Source: an uncultured Gammaproteobacteria bacterium (lineage in GTDB: Bacteria > Patescibacteriota > Patescibacteriia > UBA9570 > CAZNEH01). From it: a stretch of 60,897 nucleotides of DNA. Location of the stretch: the NCBI GenBank assembly GCA_964572175.1, contig CAZNEH010000003.1:7488-68384 (forward strand), written 5' to 3'. The translations under genes were made by a program, and so were the position numbers. Under the pieces are notes generated by a model. It was given only the letters and a program-made list of their open reading frames with translations. It did not search any database and was not told the origin of the DNA. Positions 8,364 through 17,099 of this stretch are shown in pieces (within the stretch, counting starts at the first letter, position 1; every line of letters starts with the position of its first letter).

Positions 8364-9419
8364 TTAAATTTCTATTCTATCGTCGGCAGTGCTTAAAACA
8401 AATAAGTCTTTAAGGTTTTCTAAGTCTTCTAAAATAAATCCAGTTCCTCGAGCTACCGTGGTTAGAGGGTCGTCAGCAGCGCGGACTGGAATATTAGTCG
8501 CTTGAGCAATTTTTTTATCTAAGCCTCGAAGCATGGCTCCGCCACCAGAAAGAATAATACCTCGTTCGTAAATATCAGAAACTAATTCAGGAGGGGTTTC
8601 TTCTAAGGTAGATTTAATATTATCTATAAATAAACTAACAGTTTTAGAAATAGCCTCGTTAACGTGTTCACTATTAATGACCACTTCTCTAGGAAGACCA
8701 GTGTTCATGTCTCTGCCTTTTACCTTGGCTTCTAGATTATCTTCTTTAGTGGCAGAGCTCATTTTAATTTTAAGTTCTTCAGCAGTATGTTCACCTAATA
8801 AGAAATTAAATTCTTCTCGGCAGTAATTAATAATATTTTGGTTTAGTTCGTCTCCGGCAACTCTTAAGGATCTCCAGGTAACGATTCCACCTAAAGAGAT
8901 AACTGCAATTTCAGTGCTGCCTCCGCCAATATCAACAACCATATTACCAGTAGAGTCTTGGATTGGTAAGCGGGCGCCAATAGCGGCAGCCATTGGTTCT
9001 TCGATTAAGTAGACTTTTCGAGCTCCAGCATTCATGGCCGCATCTTCTACGGCTTTTTTTTCTACTTCAGTAACGCCCATGGGAATAGCAATAACAATTC
9101 GAGGACGAGGTAAAATAGTAAAAGTTTCTCTATGAACCTTATCTATGAAATACTTAAGCATTTTTTCAGTAACTTCGAAATCAGAAACAACCCCTTGATG
9201 CAAGGGTCTGGAAGTGGTGATGTGTGGCGGGGTTTTACCAATCATGCGTTTGGCTTGTTGACCCACAGCTAAGATTTGATCAGTGTTGTTATTAAGAGCA
9301 ACTACTGAAGGTTCGTTAATAACAATGCCCCGGTCTTTTACATAAACCAGTGTATTAGCAGTTCCTAAATCTATTCCTAAATCTTTGGAAAATTTTCCTA
9401 AGATATTATTAAATACCAT
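8364..9419 (-). CDS. mreB: rod shape-determining protein MreB
   Basis: 351 aa actin-fold ATPase with motifs DLGTANTLVY and VVDIGGGSTEIAVISLGG. Confidence 0.95.
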   Translation of the reverse strand: MVFNNILGKFSKDLGIDLGTANTLVYVKDRGIVINEPSVVALNNNTDQILAVGQQAKRMIGKTPPHITTSRPLHQGVVSDFEVTEKMLKYFIDKVHRETFTILPRPRIVIAIPMGVTEVEKKAVEDAAMNAGARKVYLIEEPMAAAIGARLPIQDSTGNMVVDIGGGSTEIAVISLGGIVTWRSLRVAGDELNQNIINYCREEFNFLLGEHTAEELKIKMSSATKEDNLEAKVKGRDMNTGLPREVVINSEHVNEAISKTVSLFIDNIKSTLEETPPELVSDIYERGIILSGGGAMLRGLDKKIAQATNIPVRAADDPLTTVARGTGFILEDLENLKDLFVLSTADDRIEI

Positions 9420-9425
9420 TTGAAG

Positions 9426-11120
9426 TTACTTTTTTACCTTATTAATAACTTCCTCCAAAGTGATAAGCTCGGTTTCATCTTCTTTACGAAGCTTGTATTC
9501 GATTTTATCACCAGTTTTTTTAGACACGACTAAGCGTACGGGAATTCCGATGAGGTCGGCATCATTAAATTTGGTGCCAGCGCTTTCGTCCCGGTCGTCA
9601 TATAGTACCTCAATCCCCTGTTTTTGTAAAGAGGCGTAAATTTCGTCTGATTGAGTACTTTCTTTGTTCAGGTTAATTAGGTGGACTTGGAAAGGAGCGA
9701 TTTCTTCTGGCCAGGCCATTCCATTGTCGTCACTGTGTTTTTCAATAATAGTCGCTAGGGTTCGACCAACACCAATTCCATAGCAGCCCATATAGTAGAA
9801 TTTTTCTTTACCATCTTTGTCCATGAAAGTAGCTTTCATTTTTTCACTGTAATATTCTCCTAATTGAAATATATTACCCACTTCTATCCCCTTACCTTCT
9901 TTTAATTTTTCACCACTTTCAGAAGTATATTCGTTTTTAGCTAAGGCAATATCTCCTTCGATATTAGGAGTATAATCTCTATCTATGTTTACGTTTAATA
10001 AATCAGTATTTTTTTTATTAGCTCCGCCATAAGCGTTTTTAATAGTTTGTAGAGAATCATCAGCGACGATTTGTACTTTTTTGTCCATGTTTACTGGAGA
10101 GATAAATCCAGGTTCACTTCCTAATTCGCGGATTTCTTCATCAGTAGCATGTCTTAAACTATTAGCGCCAGTTAAATTTTGAAGCTTAGTTTCATTAACT
10201 TCAAAATCACCACGAATAACAGCTAAAATGAATTTACCTTTGTCGTCAACAAACATAACGTCTTTGATTTGCTGCCATAAAGGCATATCATGAAACTTTA
10301 CTCCATCCTCCATACTATTTCCCCGTTTAGCTTCTACTTCTTTAAGTTCTTGCTCTGCTTCATCTAGGTTTTTTTCTTCTTTGGTAAATTTAGCGACATC
10401 TTCATGAGCGGCATACTTACCATCTTCGGAAATTAAGAATTTGCTTTCTCCAGCTTCACTTTCTACAACAAATTCATGAGAATAATCTCCGCCAATATAG
10501 CCATTGTCTGCTTCCACGACTACTGTTTCTAATCCTAGGCGAGAAAAGATACGAGTGTAAGTTTCCCACATTTTTTGATACTCAGTTTTAAAGTCTTCTT
10601 CGTCAACATGAAAAGAGTAAGCGTCTTTCATTAAGAATTCTCTAACTCGAAGCAATCCTCCACGAGCTCTCATTTCGTCTCTAAATTTTTGAGAAAACTG
10701 ATAAATGTTAAAAGGAAGGTTTTTATAACTTAAATTAAAGTCTCGAACAACATCAACCATCATTTCTTCAGCAGTTCCGCCTAAAGCAAATTCTGATTCA
10801 GAACGATCTTTAACAGTCATTAATTCAAAGCCTACAGAATCTGTTCGGCTAGTTTCTTTCCAAAGTTCAATAGGATGAAGAACAGGAGTGATCATTTTAT
10901 GAGCGCCAGTAGAATCCATTTCTTGTTCAATAACTTTTACTATTTTGTCTCGAACTTTGATTCCAAGTGGTAAATAATAATATCTTCCAGCTGCGGATTC
11001 ACGAATAAAGCCAGCTTGGTATAAAAGTTTATGACTAGTTAATTTTATGTCTTTAGGTATTGTTTTTGTTGTTTGAGCAAACAGATTTGATTGTTTCATA
11101 TGTTTAAAATAATTTTCCAA
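9426..11120 (-). CDS. proS: proline--tRNA ligase
   Basis: 564 aa bacterial-type class II ProRS (HKLLYQAGFIRESAAGRYYYLPLG). The true start may be MKQSNLF at 11099. Confidence 0.9.
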   Translation of the reverse strand: MENYFKHMKQSNLFAQTTKTIPKDIKLTSHKLLYQAGFIRESAAGRYYYLPLGIKVRDKIVKVIEQEMDSTGAHKMITPVLHPIELWKETSRTDSVGFELMTVKDRSESEFALGGTAEEMMVDVVRDFNLSYKNLPFNIYQFSQKFRDEMRARGGLLRVREFLMKDAYSFHVDEEDFKTEYQKMWETYTRIFSRLGLETVVVEADNGYIGGDYSHEFVVESEAGESKFLISEDGKYAAHEDVAKFTKEEKNLDEAEQELKEVEAKRGNSMEDGVKFHDMPLWQQIKDVMFVDDKGKFILAVIRGDFEVNETKLQNLTGANSLRHATDEEIRELGSEPGFISPVNMDKKVQIVADDSLQTIKNAYGGANKKNTDLLNVNIDRDYTPNIEGDIALAKNEYTSESGEKLKEGKGIEVGNIFQLGEYYSEKMKATFMDKDGKEKFYYMGCYGIGVGRTLATIIEKHSDDNGMAWPEEIAPFQVHLINLNKESTQSDEIYASLQKQGIEVLYDDRDESAGTKFNDADLIGIPVRLVVSKKTGDKIEYKLRKEDETELITLEEVINKVKK

Positions 11121-12198
11121 TGTCTCTAAACGTGACCAGGATTAGTAAGATAATTAATAAACCGAATCCTAGATTGTGCGCCAGGTTTTCAATTTTTTGA
11201 CTAACTGGTTTACGTTTTATTTTTTCGATGATTAAAAAGATTACACGGCCGCCGTCCAGGGCCGGAAATGGTAGGAAATTAAAGATGGCTAAGTTCAAAG
11301 ATAATAAAGCAGTAAATTGTAAGACATAGATAAAGCCCATTTGAGCGGCTTGACTAGTAAGAACGGCGATGCCAACAGGACCGGCAATGCTTTCAGAAAC
11401 TTGGCCAGCAAAGATTAAGTCTTTTAATAAATAGTAAAAGGCTTGAACAATATAAACCAACAAGACAAAAGTCTTTTTAGTTCCTTCATAAATAGCTAGA
11501 TACCAAGGGTAAGAAACAGTTCCAGTTTGAGATAATAATACTCCCATGCCCTTTTTATCTGTTTCCTCTAAAGTTTCTAGGGTTAAAGCAGTGTTTATTT
11601 GTTCAGCGTTTCTTTTGACAGTTAAATTGATTTCTGAATTTTCTAAAGAGTTATTGTAAGTGTTTAATTCTTCTATATTAGAAAAAGTTTGGTTATTAAT
11701 GCCTAGAATAATATCTCCAGGTTTAAGCTTGGCTTGAGAAGCTGGAGAGTCTTCTAAGATGTAGGAAATCATTAATTGCTCCTCACTAATTCTAGCTTTT
11801 GAAGAGATGTCTTCAGTGGAGTCTGGTAAACCGATCATGTAGCCCAGGCTTAAAAGCATGGCGCATAAAATAATATTCATGACTACGCCAGCAGATAGAA
11901 TTACAAAGCGTTTCCAAATAGCTTGACCAATAAAACTGTCTTGGCCGTCTTCTGCTTCTCCTTCTTGGTCTCCGCCAACAACGCCTTTGATTTTACAAAA
12001 GCCGCCTAAAGGAATCCAGTTTAAAGAATATAAAGTCTTGCCTTTTTTTAGGCCGAATATTCTAGGAGGATAGCCAAAACCAAACTCCTCTACCCCGACT
12101 TTAAAAAGACGGGATGCTCCAAAGTGTCCGAGTTCATGAACAAATATGCATAGGCCAAGAACAAGAACTAAAACGATTATAGTAATGAGTATAGTCAT
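11104..12198 (-). CDS. rseP: RIP site-2 metalloprotease RseP (M50)
   Basis: 364 aa with HELGHF near the N-terminus, a central PDZ-like segment and multiple TM helices. Confidence 0.85.
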   Translation of the reverse strand: MTILITIIVLVLVLGLCIFVHELGHFGASRLFKVGVEEFGFGYPPRIFGLKKGKTLYSLNWIPLGGFCKIKGVVGGDQEGEAEDGQDSFIGQAIWKRFVILSAGVVMNIILCAMLLSLGYMIGLPDSTEDISSKARISEEQLMISYILEDSPASQAKLKPGDIILGINNQTFSNIEELNTYNNSLENSEINLTVKRNAEQINTALTLETLEETDKKGMGVLLSQTGTVSYPWYLAIYEGTKKTFVLLVYIVQAFYYLLKDLIFAGQVSESIAGPVGIAVLTSQAAQMGFIYVLQFTALLSLNLAIFNFLPFPALDGGRVIFLIIEKIKRKPVSQKIENLAHNLGFGLLIILLILVTFRDIGKLF

Positions 12199-12209
12199 GT
12201 AATATTTTT

Positions 12210-12746
12210 TTAAACAGTCATTATTTCTTTTTCTTTATTTTCCCCTATTTCGTCTATCTCTTTAGTGGTGGTGTTAACCTGTTCTTGAACATCTTTTTCT
12301 TGAGTATGATAATCGTCTTCAGAGATGGCGCCTTCTTTTTCTTGAGCTTTTAATTTTTTAAGAGTATCTTCTCTAAGTCGGCGAATAGCAATACGTGATT
12401 CTTCTACTTTTTCTTTCATAATTTTTACTAGTTCTACTCTTTTTTCTTCAGTTAAAGCAGGTAGAGTTAAACGAATTACGTCTTGGTCTACTATGGGGTT
12501 AATTCCTAAGTTAGATTTTTCAATGGCGGTAGAAATAGCTTTTAACTGAGTCTTGTCCCAAGGCTGAATAACTAGAGTCTTTGGTTCTGGAGCGCTAATA
12601 CTGGCTAATTGATTTAAAGGGGTCATTACTCCGTAAGCGTCAACCATAATATTTTCTACTAAAGTAGGAGTAGCTCGATTAGTTCTTAGGTTGGCGAGCT
12701 CTTTTTGTAAGTGCTCAATAATTTTATTGATTTCTTCTTGATTCAT
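12210..12746 (-). CDS. frr: ribosome recycling factor
   Basis: 178 aa with typical RRF sequence (LANLRTNRATPTLVENIMVDAYG...). Confidence 0.95.
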   Translation of the reverse strand: MNQEEINKIIEHLQKELANLRTNRATPTLVENIMVDAYGVMTPLNQLASISAPEPKTLVIQPWDKTQLKAISTAIEKSNLGINPIVDQDVIRLTLPALTEEKRVELVKIMKEKVEESRIAIRRLREDTLKKLKAQEKEGAISEDDYHTQEKDVQEQVNTTTKEIDEIGENKEKEIMTV

Positions 12747-12752
12747 ATGTTT

Positions 12753-13940
12753 TTAACTAGGAAAGAAACTATTACCCTCTTCATCAAAGGTTTTAGTTCC
12801 TACGTAAATAACAGCGGGGTTAACTGGGTCAACGTACATAACTTTAACTTCTCTTTGAGAAGGGAAAGTTTCTAAGACGCGCCAAGTTATTCCACCGTCG
12901 TCACTTTTATGGATTAAATTTTTAATTGAAAAATATATTACCTCTGGCTTACTAGGAGTGACTAGAATATTTTTAATTTCAGTATTAGTACTATCTTCAG
13001 CCGCGATCAAAGTGTTGATTTGATGCCAATTATTTCCTAAATCATTACTTCGCATTAGGCCTTGTTTGGTGGCCATTAAGATAGTTGAAGAATTATTAGG
13101 GTCTAGGAAAAAGTCGTTAACTATTTTTCCTTGAGGCCATAATTCTCGGTGTTCTTTAGTGTCTAGTGGTTCATCCCAGTTGGCTCCGGCGTCTGTGGTT
13201 CTGTATAGCTTACCCTCTTCGTCTCTGACAAAAATAATTCGAGAATCTAGGGCACTCATTTGAGCGTCTTTGGGATAATCTTCAGTGGTATGGATTAGGT
13301 GCCAGTTGGCTCCAGCGTCTTCTGATTTTAAGACAGTTTTTACAGAAGTAAAAGCATAGATAGTATTAGGGTTGTAATGGTCGATTAAGAGCTTCATGAT
13401 TAATCCACCTTGGGTTTCGGTGTAAACATTTTCCCAAGTTTGACCACCGTCATAGCTTTTATAAATAATATTTTGTGAACAAGTATAAATAGTGTCTGGT
13501 TCTTGAGAGTTAATAACTAGATCTACGAAAAGACCGCTTTGGAAATTAGTTGGATACCAGGAATCTGCGGCATTATCTGTTTTGTAAACACCGTTTTCGT
13601 AAGTGGTAGTATATAAAACAGCGGTTTTAGAAAAGTCTTCGTTTTCAGTAGTGATTATTTCTTGAGGATGAAAAGCAATTCGTCTAACATTGGCTGCGGA
13701 GATGCTGAGGGTTTTTCGACCATCTTGACCAACATAAGTTTTTTGCTCCCAGTTTTCTCCATAGTCTTCAGACATAAAAATTCCGCCATCAACATAGCTA
13801 GTTCCGCAAGCTTGACCAGTCAATAATACAGCAAAGATTATTAAGATAAGAGGGAGAATTTTTTTTCCCGATTTTATCTTTGATAAAATCGAGGATCCTC
13901 GATCGCTTTGCGATCGGGACATATTATTGATTTTAATCAT
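12753..13940 (-). CDS. membrane-anchored BNR/Asp-box repeat beta-propeller protein (Ycf48/sortilin-like)
   Basis: 395 aa with an N-terminal TM. Repeated S/T-x-D-x-G-x-x-W boxes: SYDGGQTWENV, SEDAGANWHLI, TTDAGANWDEP, SNDLGNNWHQI and SDDGGITWRVL. Confidence 0.65.
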   Translation of the reverse strand: MIKINNMSRSQSDRGSSILSKIKSGKKILPLILIIFAVLLTGQACGTSYVDGGIFMSEDYGENWEQKTYVGQDGRKTLSISAANVRRIAFHPQEIITTENEDFSKTAVLYTTTYENGVYKTDNAADSWYPTNFQSGLFVDLVINSQEPDTIYTCSQNIIYKSYDGGQTWENVYTETQGGLIMKLLIDHYNPNTIYAFTSVKTVLKSEDAGANWHLIHTTEDYPKDAQMSALDSRIIFVRDEEGKLYRTTDAGANWDEPLDTKEHRELWPQGKIVNDFFLDPNNSSTILMATKQGLMRSNDLGNNWHQINTLIAAEDSTNTEIKNILVTPSKPEVIYFSIKNLIHKSDDGGITWRVLETFPSQREVKVMYVDPVNPAVIYVGTKTFDEEGNSFFPS

Positions 13941-14899
13941 ATGTTTATAATGATATTTTCTAAAATTAATTTTGGTTGAACGTTTTGTTTTAGTAATTCT
14001 TGAGCTTTTTCTATTTGATTAATTTTTTTAGTTATATTTTGGGTTTTGTTATTTGGACTTTGGATTTGATTAACAGTGTATTTTTCTAAATTGTGTTGAT
14101 TTAAAATCTGATCTCTAAGGTAGGAAGTGGCTAGGTCTAGAAGGAGGGATAATTCTTGAGAAGATTTTTTAGAACGGTGTATTTTATCGGCTAGTTTAAA
14201 TTTTTCTTTTTGTGAGCCAGATAATAAAGTATTAACAGTATCTATTTTTTCTTGGTGTTTTTTTAGGGCGTTTTTTTTGTTTAGAAATTCTACAGCTAGA
14301 CCAGGTTTACCATGGGCTAGGCGGGTAATTTTCAAAGCTTGGTCTCGATCAGTTTCGGTTTGCAGATAATCATAAATATCTTTTTGACTAACTGGTAAAA
14401 AGCGAATGATTTGGCAGCGAGAAGTGATGGTTTCTGGGATAGTAGATAAATCTTCAGCTAAAAGGACTAAAACTGTTTTTTGAGCGGGTTCTTCTAAAGT
14501 TTTTAAAAGGGCGTTGCTAGCGCTTAGAGTTAAGCTAGAAGCTTGTTTGATTAAGACTACTTTGTAGCCCTGGTGTAAGGATTTTTTTTGTAACTTGGCA
14601 ATTAACTCTCGGACTTGCTTGATAGAAGTGTTCTTTTTGTCTGCTTCTGGCTCTAACCAATGAACGTCTGGGTGGATGTTTTTGCGTATTTGAGCGCAGT
14701 TTTGGCAACGCCCACAAGGACGAGCCTTGGTTTCAGATACACAAAACAAGCTAAAAAGAAAACTTTCGGCAATTTTCTTTTTACCTAGATGTTCAGGCCC
14801 ATAAAATAAATAGGCGTGATTTATTTTACCATTTTCTATGGAGTTTTGCAAATATTGAACTTGGCGCTGATGGCCAATAATGTCCCACTGGTATTGCAT
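13937..14899 (-). CDS. holB: DNA polymerase III delta' subunit
   Basis: HAYLFYGPEHLGKK plus a zinc module (CGRCQNCAQI). Start set at MQYQWDIIGHQ (14899). The track ORF extends to 14932 but would overlap the small ORF 14904-14999. Confidence 0.8.
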   Translation of the reverse strand: MQYQWDIIGHQRQVQYLQNSIENGKINHAYLFYGPEHLGKKKIAESFLFSLFCVSETKARPCGRCQNCAQIRKNIHPDVHWLEPEADKKNTSIKQVRELIAKLQKKSLHQGYKVVLIKQASSLTLSASNALLKTLEEPAQKTVLVLLAEDLSTIPETITSRCQIIRFLPVSQKDIYDYLQTETDRDQALKITRLAHGKPGLAVEFLNKKNALKKHQEKIDTVNTLLSGSQKEKFKLADKIHRSKKSSQELSLLLDLATSYLRDQILNQHNLEKYTVNQIQSPNNKTQNITKKINQIEKAQELLKQNVQPKLILENIIINI

Positions 14900-14903
14900 G
14901 AAG

Positions 14904-14999
14904 TTATAAAACGCCGAATTGGGTAAGACCAAAGATGATGGCGGCGCTAATGATTAGAAATATACCTAACCCTATTATCCCCTTGTTTAAATGTTTCAT
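14904..14999 (-). CDS. candidate 31-aa small membrane protein (below track cutoff)
   Basis: Own translation: MKHLNKGIIGLGIFLIISAAIIFGLTQFGVL, a single TM helix. Its ATG overlaps the TGA stop of the upstream GT4 gene (ATGA coupling). It ends 5 nt before the preferred holB start. Confidence 0.35.
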   Translation of the reverse strand: MKHLNKGIIGLGIFLIISAAIIFGLTQFGVL

Positions 15000-16084
15000 A
15001 TATTTTTGTTAATTATTTTCCACGTCTCTTGAGCGCATTTTGACCAAGAGAATTTTTTAATTTGAGCAAAGCCTTTTTCTTTTAAGGCAGTATTATTAAT
15101 ATTTTTGGTAATAGTCTGGGCCATGTCTTCGATGCTGTAGGGGTCAAAGTAGAAGGCGGCTTGGCCAGCTACTTCTTTTAACGGAGGGATATGAGAGCAA
15201 ATTACTGGGGTACCAGCAGACATGGCTTCTAAAACTGGGATACCAAAGCCTTCATATAAAGAAGGAAAGATGAATGCTTCTGCTTGATTCATTATAGCAT
15301 TAATATCTTCTTGGTCTACATAGCCGGGTTCTATTATTCTGTTTTCTAGATTATGTTTTTTAATATTGGCTTGAACTTGTTCATACTTATAGCCCTCTCC
15401 TCCGACTAAGACTAGGTTGTATTCTTTGGGTAGTAAAGCAAAAGCATTGATTAACCGAGGAATATTTTTCTTTTCTTCTTTACGGCCAATAAATAATAAA
15501 TAAGGTTTTTTAATATTGTATTTATTTAATATTTCAGGGTTGGGTTGAGGTAGGGGGAAGAAATCTTTAGAAGTAAAGCCATTGTGAACAAAAGAAATTT
15601 TAGATTCTGGAATTTTGTAAAATTTAATTATTTCGTTTTTGGAGAATTCAGAAACAGAGATCAGGTGATGAGCTTTTTTAATGGCGTAGTTCATGGCCCA
15701 ACGGTGATAACCTAGTTCTTTGTCGCTATATAATTCTTTATGAGTAGCAAAGCCAATATCATGAGCGACTAGAATTGTTTTTTTGGGATGAATTAATGGA
15801 ATAGTGTGAGCAGGGATAAATAAAACATCAGGACGTTTGAAAAGCATTTCTAAAGAAAGGCGTATTTGAGTCCAGAGAAATTTTGGAGGCCAGTTTAAAA
15901 CTTTTGATTGCCAATTACTAGGTAAGTCCTCTAGCCCGCCCTGCAAAGGTTCTTTGGAATACAAAATCACCCTGATGTTATCAGGGATAATTTTTTTGAG
16001 TTCTTGAATAAGGTGGTAAGAGTACCACTCAGTACCAGTTTTTTGGATTTTATTGGCGCGGGAAGCGTCTATTCCAATAACCAT
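14996..16084 (-). CDS. glycosyltransferase family 4 (GT-B)
   Basis: 362 aa with an EX7E-type C-terminal motif (PSLYEGFGIPVLEAMSAGTPVI). Confidence 0.85.
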   Translation of the reverse strand: MVIGIDASRANKIQKTGTEWYSYHLIQELKKIIPDNIRVILYSKEPLQGGLEDLPSNWQSKVLNWPPKFLWTQIRLSLEMLFKRPDVLFIPAHTIPLIHPKKTILVAHDIGFATHKELYSDKELGYHRWAMNYAIKKAHHLISVSEFSKNEIIKFYKIPESKISFVHNGFTSKDFFPLPQPNPEILNKYNIKKPYLLFIGRKEEKKNIPRLINAFALLPKEYNLVLVGGEGYKYEQVQANIKKHNLENRIIEPGYVDQEDINAIMNQAEAFIFPSLYEGFGIPVLEAMSAGTPVICSHIPPLKEVAGQAAFYFDPYSIEDMAQTITKNINNTALKEKGFAQIKKFSWSKCAQETWKIINKNI

Positions 16085-17091
16085 TATCTATTTTCCATTA
16101 CAGATCGTTTATAGGACTCAAGGTTTTCTAAGGCAACCCCAGTTCCGCGAACAACGTTAAGCATAGGATCGTTAGCTAGGTAAGCAGGAACTTGAATAGC
16201 TTGGCTTAAAAGCTCATCTAGATTTCTAAGTTGACCAGTACCCCCAGAAATAACCATTCCTTTATCAATAACATCAGCAGCTAATTCAGGAGGGGTTTCT
16301 TGTAATACGTCTTTGGCGGCTTGAATAATTCCTTGAAGTTCGTCGTGAATGGCTTCGGTTACATCTTCAGAGCTAACAGTAACTGTTCGAGGGAGGCCAG
16401 TAATAACATCACGACCACGAACATCCATATTTAAGCTTTCTTCTAAAGGAAGGGCGGAGCCAATTTTAATTTTAAGTTCTTCTGCAGAGCGTTCACCAAT
16501 AGAGAGGCTATATTTTTTACGAACAAATTCAGCAATGGCATGATCAAATTTTGTTCCACCGATACGAACAGAAGTATTAGCTACGATTCCACCAAGGGAG
16601 ATAACCGCGATTTCAGTTGTTCCTCCGCCAATTTCAATAATCATGTGGCCAGATGGAGAGCCAATAGGAATGCCAGCTCCAATAGCAGAAGCAACGGGCT
16701 GTTTAATAATAAAGGCAGCTTTAGCGCCAGCTTGGATAGTAGCGTCGATAACAGCCCTGCGTTCAGTAGAGGTAATTCCAGCTGGAACGGCAATCATAAC
16801 TTCTGGACGGAATAGTCTAATTCCGCCTAAAGCTTTATTAATGAAGTAGCGCAGCATGGATTCTGTGGTGCGGTAATCGGCAATAACACCGTCTTTTAAT
16901 GGGCGGCGAGCAACGATGGTGTCGGGAGTTCGGCCAAGCATGTCGCGGGCCTCGTTTCCAACGGCTAAAACTTTTTTATCTTGTAAGGATATAGCAACAA
17001 CTGATGGTTCATTAATATGAATCCCTTTTTTTGGTACATAAACAAGCGTGTTTACAGTGCCTAGATCAATTCCGATTTGCTTAACAAACAT
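16084..17091 (-). CDS. second MreB/Mbl-like actin homolog
   Basis: 335 aa with motifs IDLGTVNTLVY and IIEIGGGTTEIAVISLGG. Paralog of 8364-9419. Confidence 0.9.
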   Translation of the reverse strand: MFVKQIGIDLGTVNTLVYVPKKGIHINEPSVVAISLQDKKVLAVGNEARDMLGRTPDTIVARRPLKDGVIADYRTTESMLRYFINKALGGIRLFRPEVMIAVPAGITSTERRAVIDATIQAGAKAAFIIKQPVASAIGAGIPIGSPSGHMIIEIGGGTTEIAVISLGGIVANTSVRIGGTKFDHAIAEFVRKKYSLSIGERSAEELKIKIGSALPLEESLNMDVRGRDVITGLPRTVTVSSEDVTEAIHDELQGIIQAAKDVLQETPPELAADVIDKGMVISGGTGQLRNLDELLSQAIQVPAYLANDPMLNVVRGTGVALENLESYKRSVMENR

Positions 17092-17099
17092 GATTTTGG

